Part shown: positions 38,264-39,688 of the stretch, piece after piece
Numbering within the stretch: the first letter of the stretch is position 1
Layout: each line of letters opens with the position of its first letter
DNA from: Limisphaerales bacterium
GTDB taxonomy: Bacteria; Verrucomicrobiota; Verrucomicrobiia; Limisphaerales; CAIMTB01
NCBI GenBank assembly: GCA_046155815.1
Contig: JBJXFY010000210.1
Location: 1-39,688, forward strand
Direction of reading: 5' to 3'
Length of the DNA: 39,688 nucleotides
Translations under genes and position numbers: made by a program
The notes under the pieces: generated by a model
What the model saw: the letters and a program-made list of their open reading frames with translations, nothing else
Database searches by the model: none
What the model was told of the DNA's origin: nothing

Positions 38264-38617
38264 TCAGTCGGCCGTGGCCTGCCGCTTGCGCTTGAGGGCG
38301 GCAGCCTCGGTGTGCTTGCGCGCCTTCACCTTGTTGTGCCGCTTGCGGATCTGCTGCCCGATCTTCTTCGTCACGAGGTCAATCGCCGCGTAGAGGTCGC
38401 CTTCCACGTCCTCGGCGTACAGGTCCGGCCCCTTCACCGCGAGGCGCATCGAGCACTTGAAGGCCTTTTCCGGTGAGCGGGTCTTGTCGTGCTCGAGGAT
38501 CACGCGGGTCTCCAGCGCCCGGCGGTCGAGGTGCTCCAGCTTGTCAATCTTGGCCAGCACGTGGTCTTCGATGGCCTTGGTGAGCGTCACGTTGTGCGTG
38601 GACAGGACGAATTTCAT
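38264..38617 (-). CDS. hpf: Ribosome hibernation promoting factor / RaiA (short form)
   Basis: STHNVTLTKAIEDHV..KIDKL...DLYAAIDLVTKKIGQQIRKRHNK. Confidence 0.92.
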   Translation of the reverse strand: MKFVLSTHNVTLTKAIEDHVLAKIDKLEHLDRRALETRVILEHDKTRSPEKAFKCSMRLAVKGPDLYAEDVEGDLYAAIDLVTKKIGQQIRKRHNKVKARKHTEAAALKRKRQATAD

Positions 38618-38746
38618 GATGCGGCGGAAGGATGTTGGGGGAATCCGCAGTGCGCCAGCCGGAAGCGCGTCGAAGCGGGCGAACCGGACCGCTGTCCGGC
38701 CGCCTTCCGGCTGGCCCGCGCGGTGACGGCTTTCCACACTCGGCCC

Positions 38747-39688
38747 GTGAACTCCTTCTGCCGGGCGGCCCGGCTTGGCGTCGTTCTCCTGGCCCTGCTG
38801 TCGGGCACCGCCACGGCGGCGGCCGACGGCGCGGCGGTGGACGTGCGCGCCCGCATCCGCGGCCTGCTGCTCGGCGCCTACCTGGGCGACGCGCTCGGCG
38901 GGCCGGTGGAGTTTCAGGAAGCCGTGAAGGTGCAGGCGTTGCCCAACCCGCCGAGACGCTGGCGGGACGAGGAAATCTTCGATGCGCCCGCGCGCGCCGC
39001 CGCGGCGGCGCGGCTCCGGCTGCGCCCGTACGCGCCGTTGCGGCCGGTGTCCGAATCCTACGGCCAGTGGGGCTCGAACTGTCCGCCCGGCACGGTCACG
39101 GACGACTCGCGGCACAAGCTCGTCCTGCTCCACGCGCTGCGCGCCGCCGACGGCGCGGACGCCCGGCCGCTGGATGTGCGCGGCCTCGCGCAGGCGTACC
39201 TCGACTGGCCCGCACGGCCGGTCATCGCGGAGAACCCGGAGTTCCGCGCGCAGTGCGCCGACTGGCTGGAGGAATGGCAGCTCGCCGCGCGCTGGGTGCT
39301 CGGGGAGCGCGACTCCGCCCGCGCGCTGCCGCCAGAACGCATGTGGCAGGGCCTGCCGACCTGCTGCGGCCAGATGACGCTGCCGCCGCTGGCCGCGGTC
39401 TTCGCCGGCCGGCCGGACGACGCCCACCGCGCCGCGTGGCACCTCGCGTTCTTCGACAACGGCTTCGGCCGGGACATGAACGCCGCGCGGGTCGCCGCGC
39501 TGGCCGCGGCGCTGGTCACGCCTGCCGACCCGGCGCGGCCGCGGCCGGCCTGGGACGCCGTGCTCGCCGCGCTGCGCGGGACCGACCCGTACCGCCACCG
39601 GCAGATCCGCTGGAGCCAGCGCGCGGTGGACCGCTGGCTGGACTTCGCGCTGGGCGCCGCGCGCGAGGCGGAGGGCCGGCCGGCGCGG
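38747..39688 (+). CDS. ADP-ribosylglycohydrolase family protein with signal peptide (runs off the window end)
   Basis: Not in ORF track. Manual translation gives MNSFCRAARLGVVLLALLSGTATAAA...RIRGLLLGAYLGDALGGPVEF...GTVTDDSRHK. Confidence 0.85.
   Translation, partial: MNSFCRAARLGVVLLALLSGTATAAADGAAVDVRARIRGLLLGAYLGDALGGPVEFQEAVKVQALPNPPRRWRDEEIFDAPARAAAAARLRLRPYAPLRPVSESYGQWGSNCPPGTVTDDSRHKLVLLHALRAADGADARPLDVRGLAQAYLDWPARPVIAENPEFRAQCADWLEEWQLAARWVLGERDSARALPPERMWQGLPTCCGQMTLPPLAAVFAGRPDDAHRAAWHLAFFDNGFGRDMNAARVAALAAALVTPADPARPRPAWDAVLAALRGTDPYRHRQIRWSQRAVDRWLDFALGAAREAEGRPAR

Overview
High-GC bacterial chromosomal window, probably Verrucomicrobiota (inferred from the DUF1080, PQQ-propeller and H-X9-DG pseudopilin genes and the C-terminal FFRL exported proteins). 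It holds about 36 CDS: a XylR-linked sugar catabolic operon containing a betaine-homocysteine methyltransferase-like gene (1-5121); a Tat Gfo/Idh/MocA oxidoreductase; an oppABCDF-type transporter; a five-gene exported-protein cluster led by a DUF2946/CruR-like CxxC + polyproline leader ORF (12386-17441); SPFH-HTH, envelope/LPS genes, holB, glnA, dnaA, an EamA gene behind an attenuator-like leader, xth, nadB, hpf and a partial exported ADP-ribosylglycohydrolase. The best candidates for undescribed systems are (1) the putative metal (Cu)-responsive, leader-controlled surface/periplasmic operon and (2) the methyltransferase + NagB + ROK operon, which suggests catabolism of a methylated amino sugar. 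No rRNA, tRNA, CRISPR array or transposase was seen. All calls come from motif recognition by eye, with no database searches.
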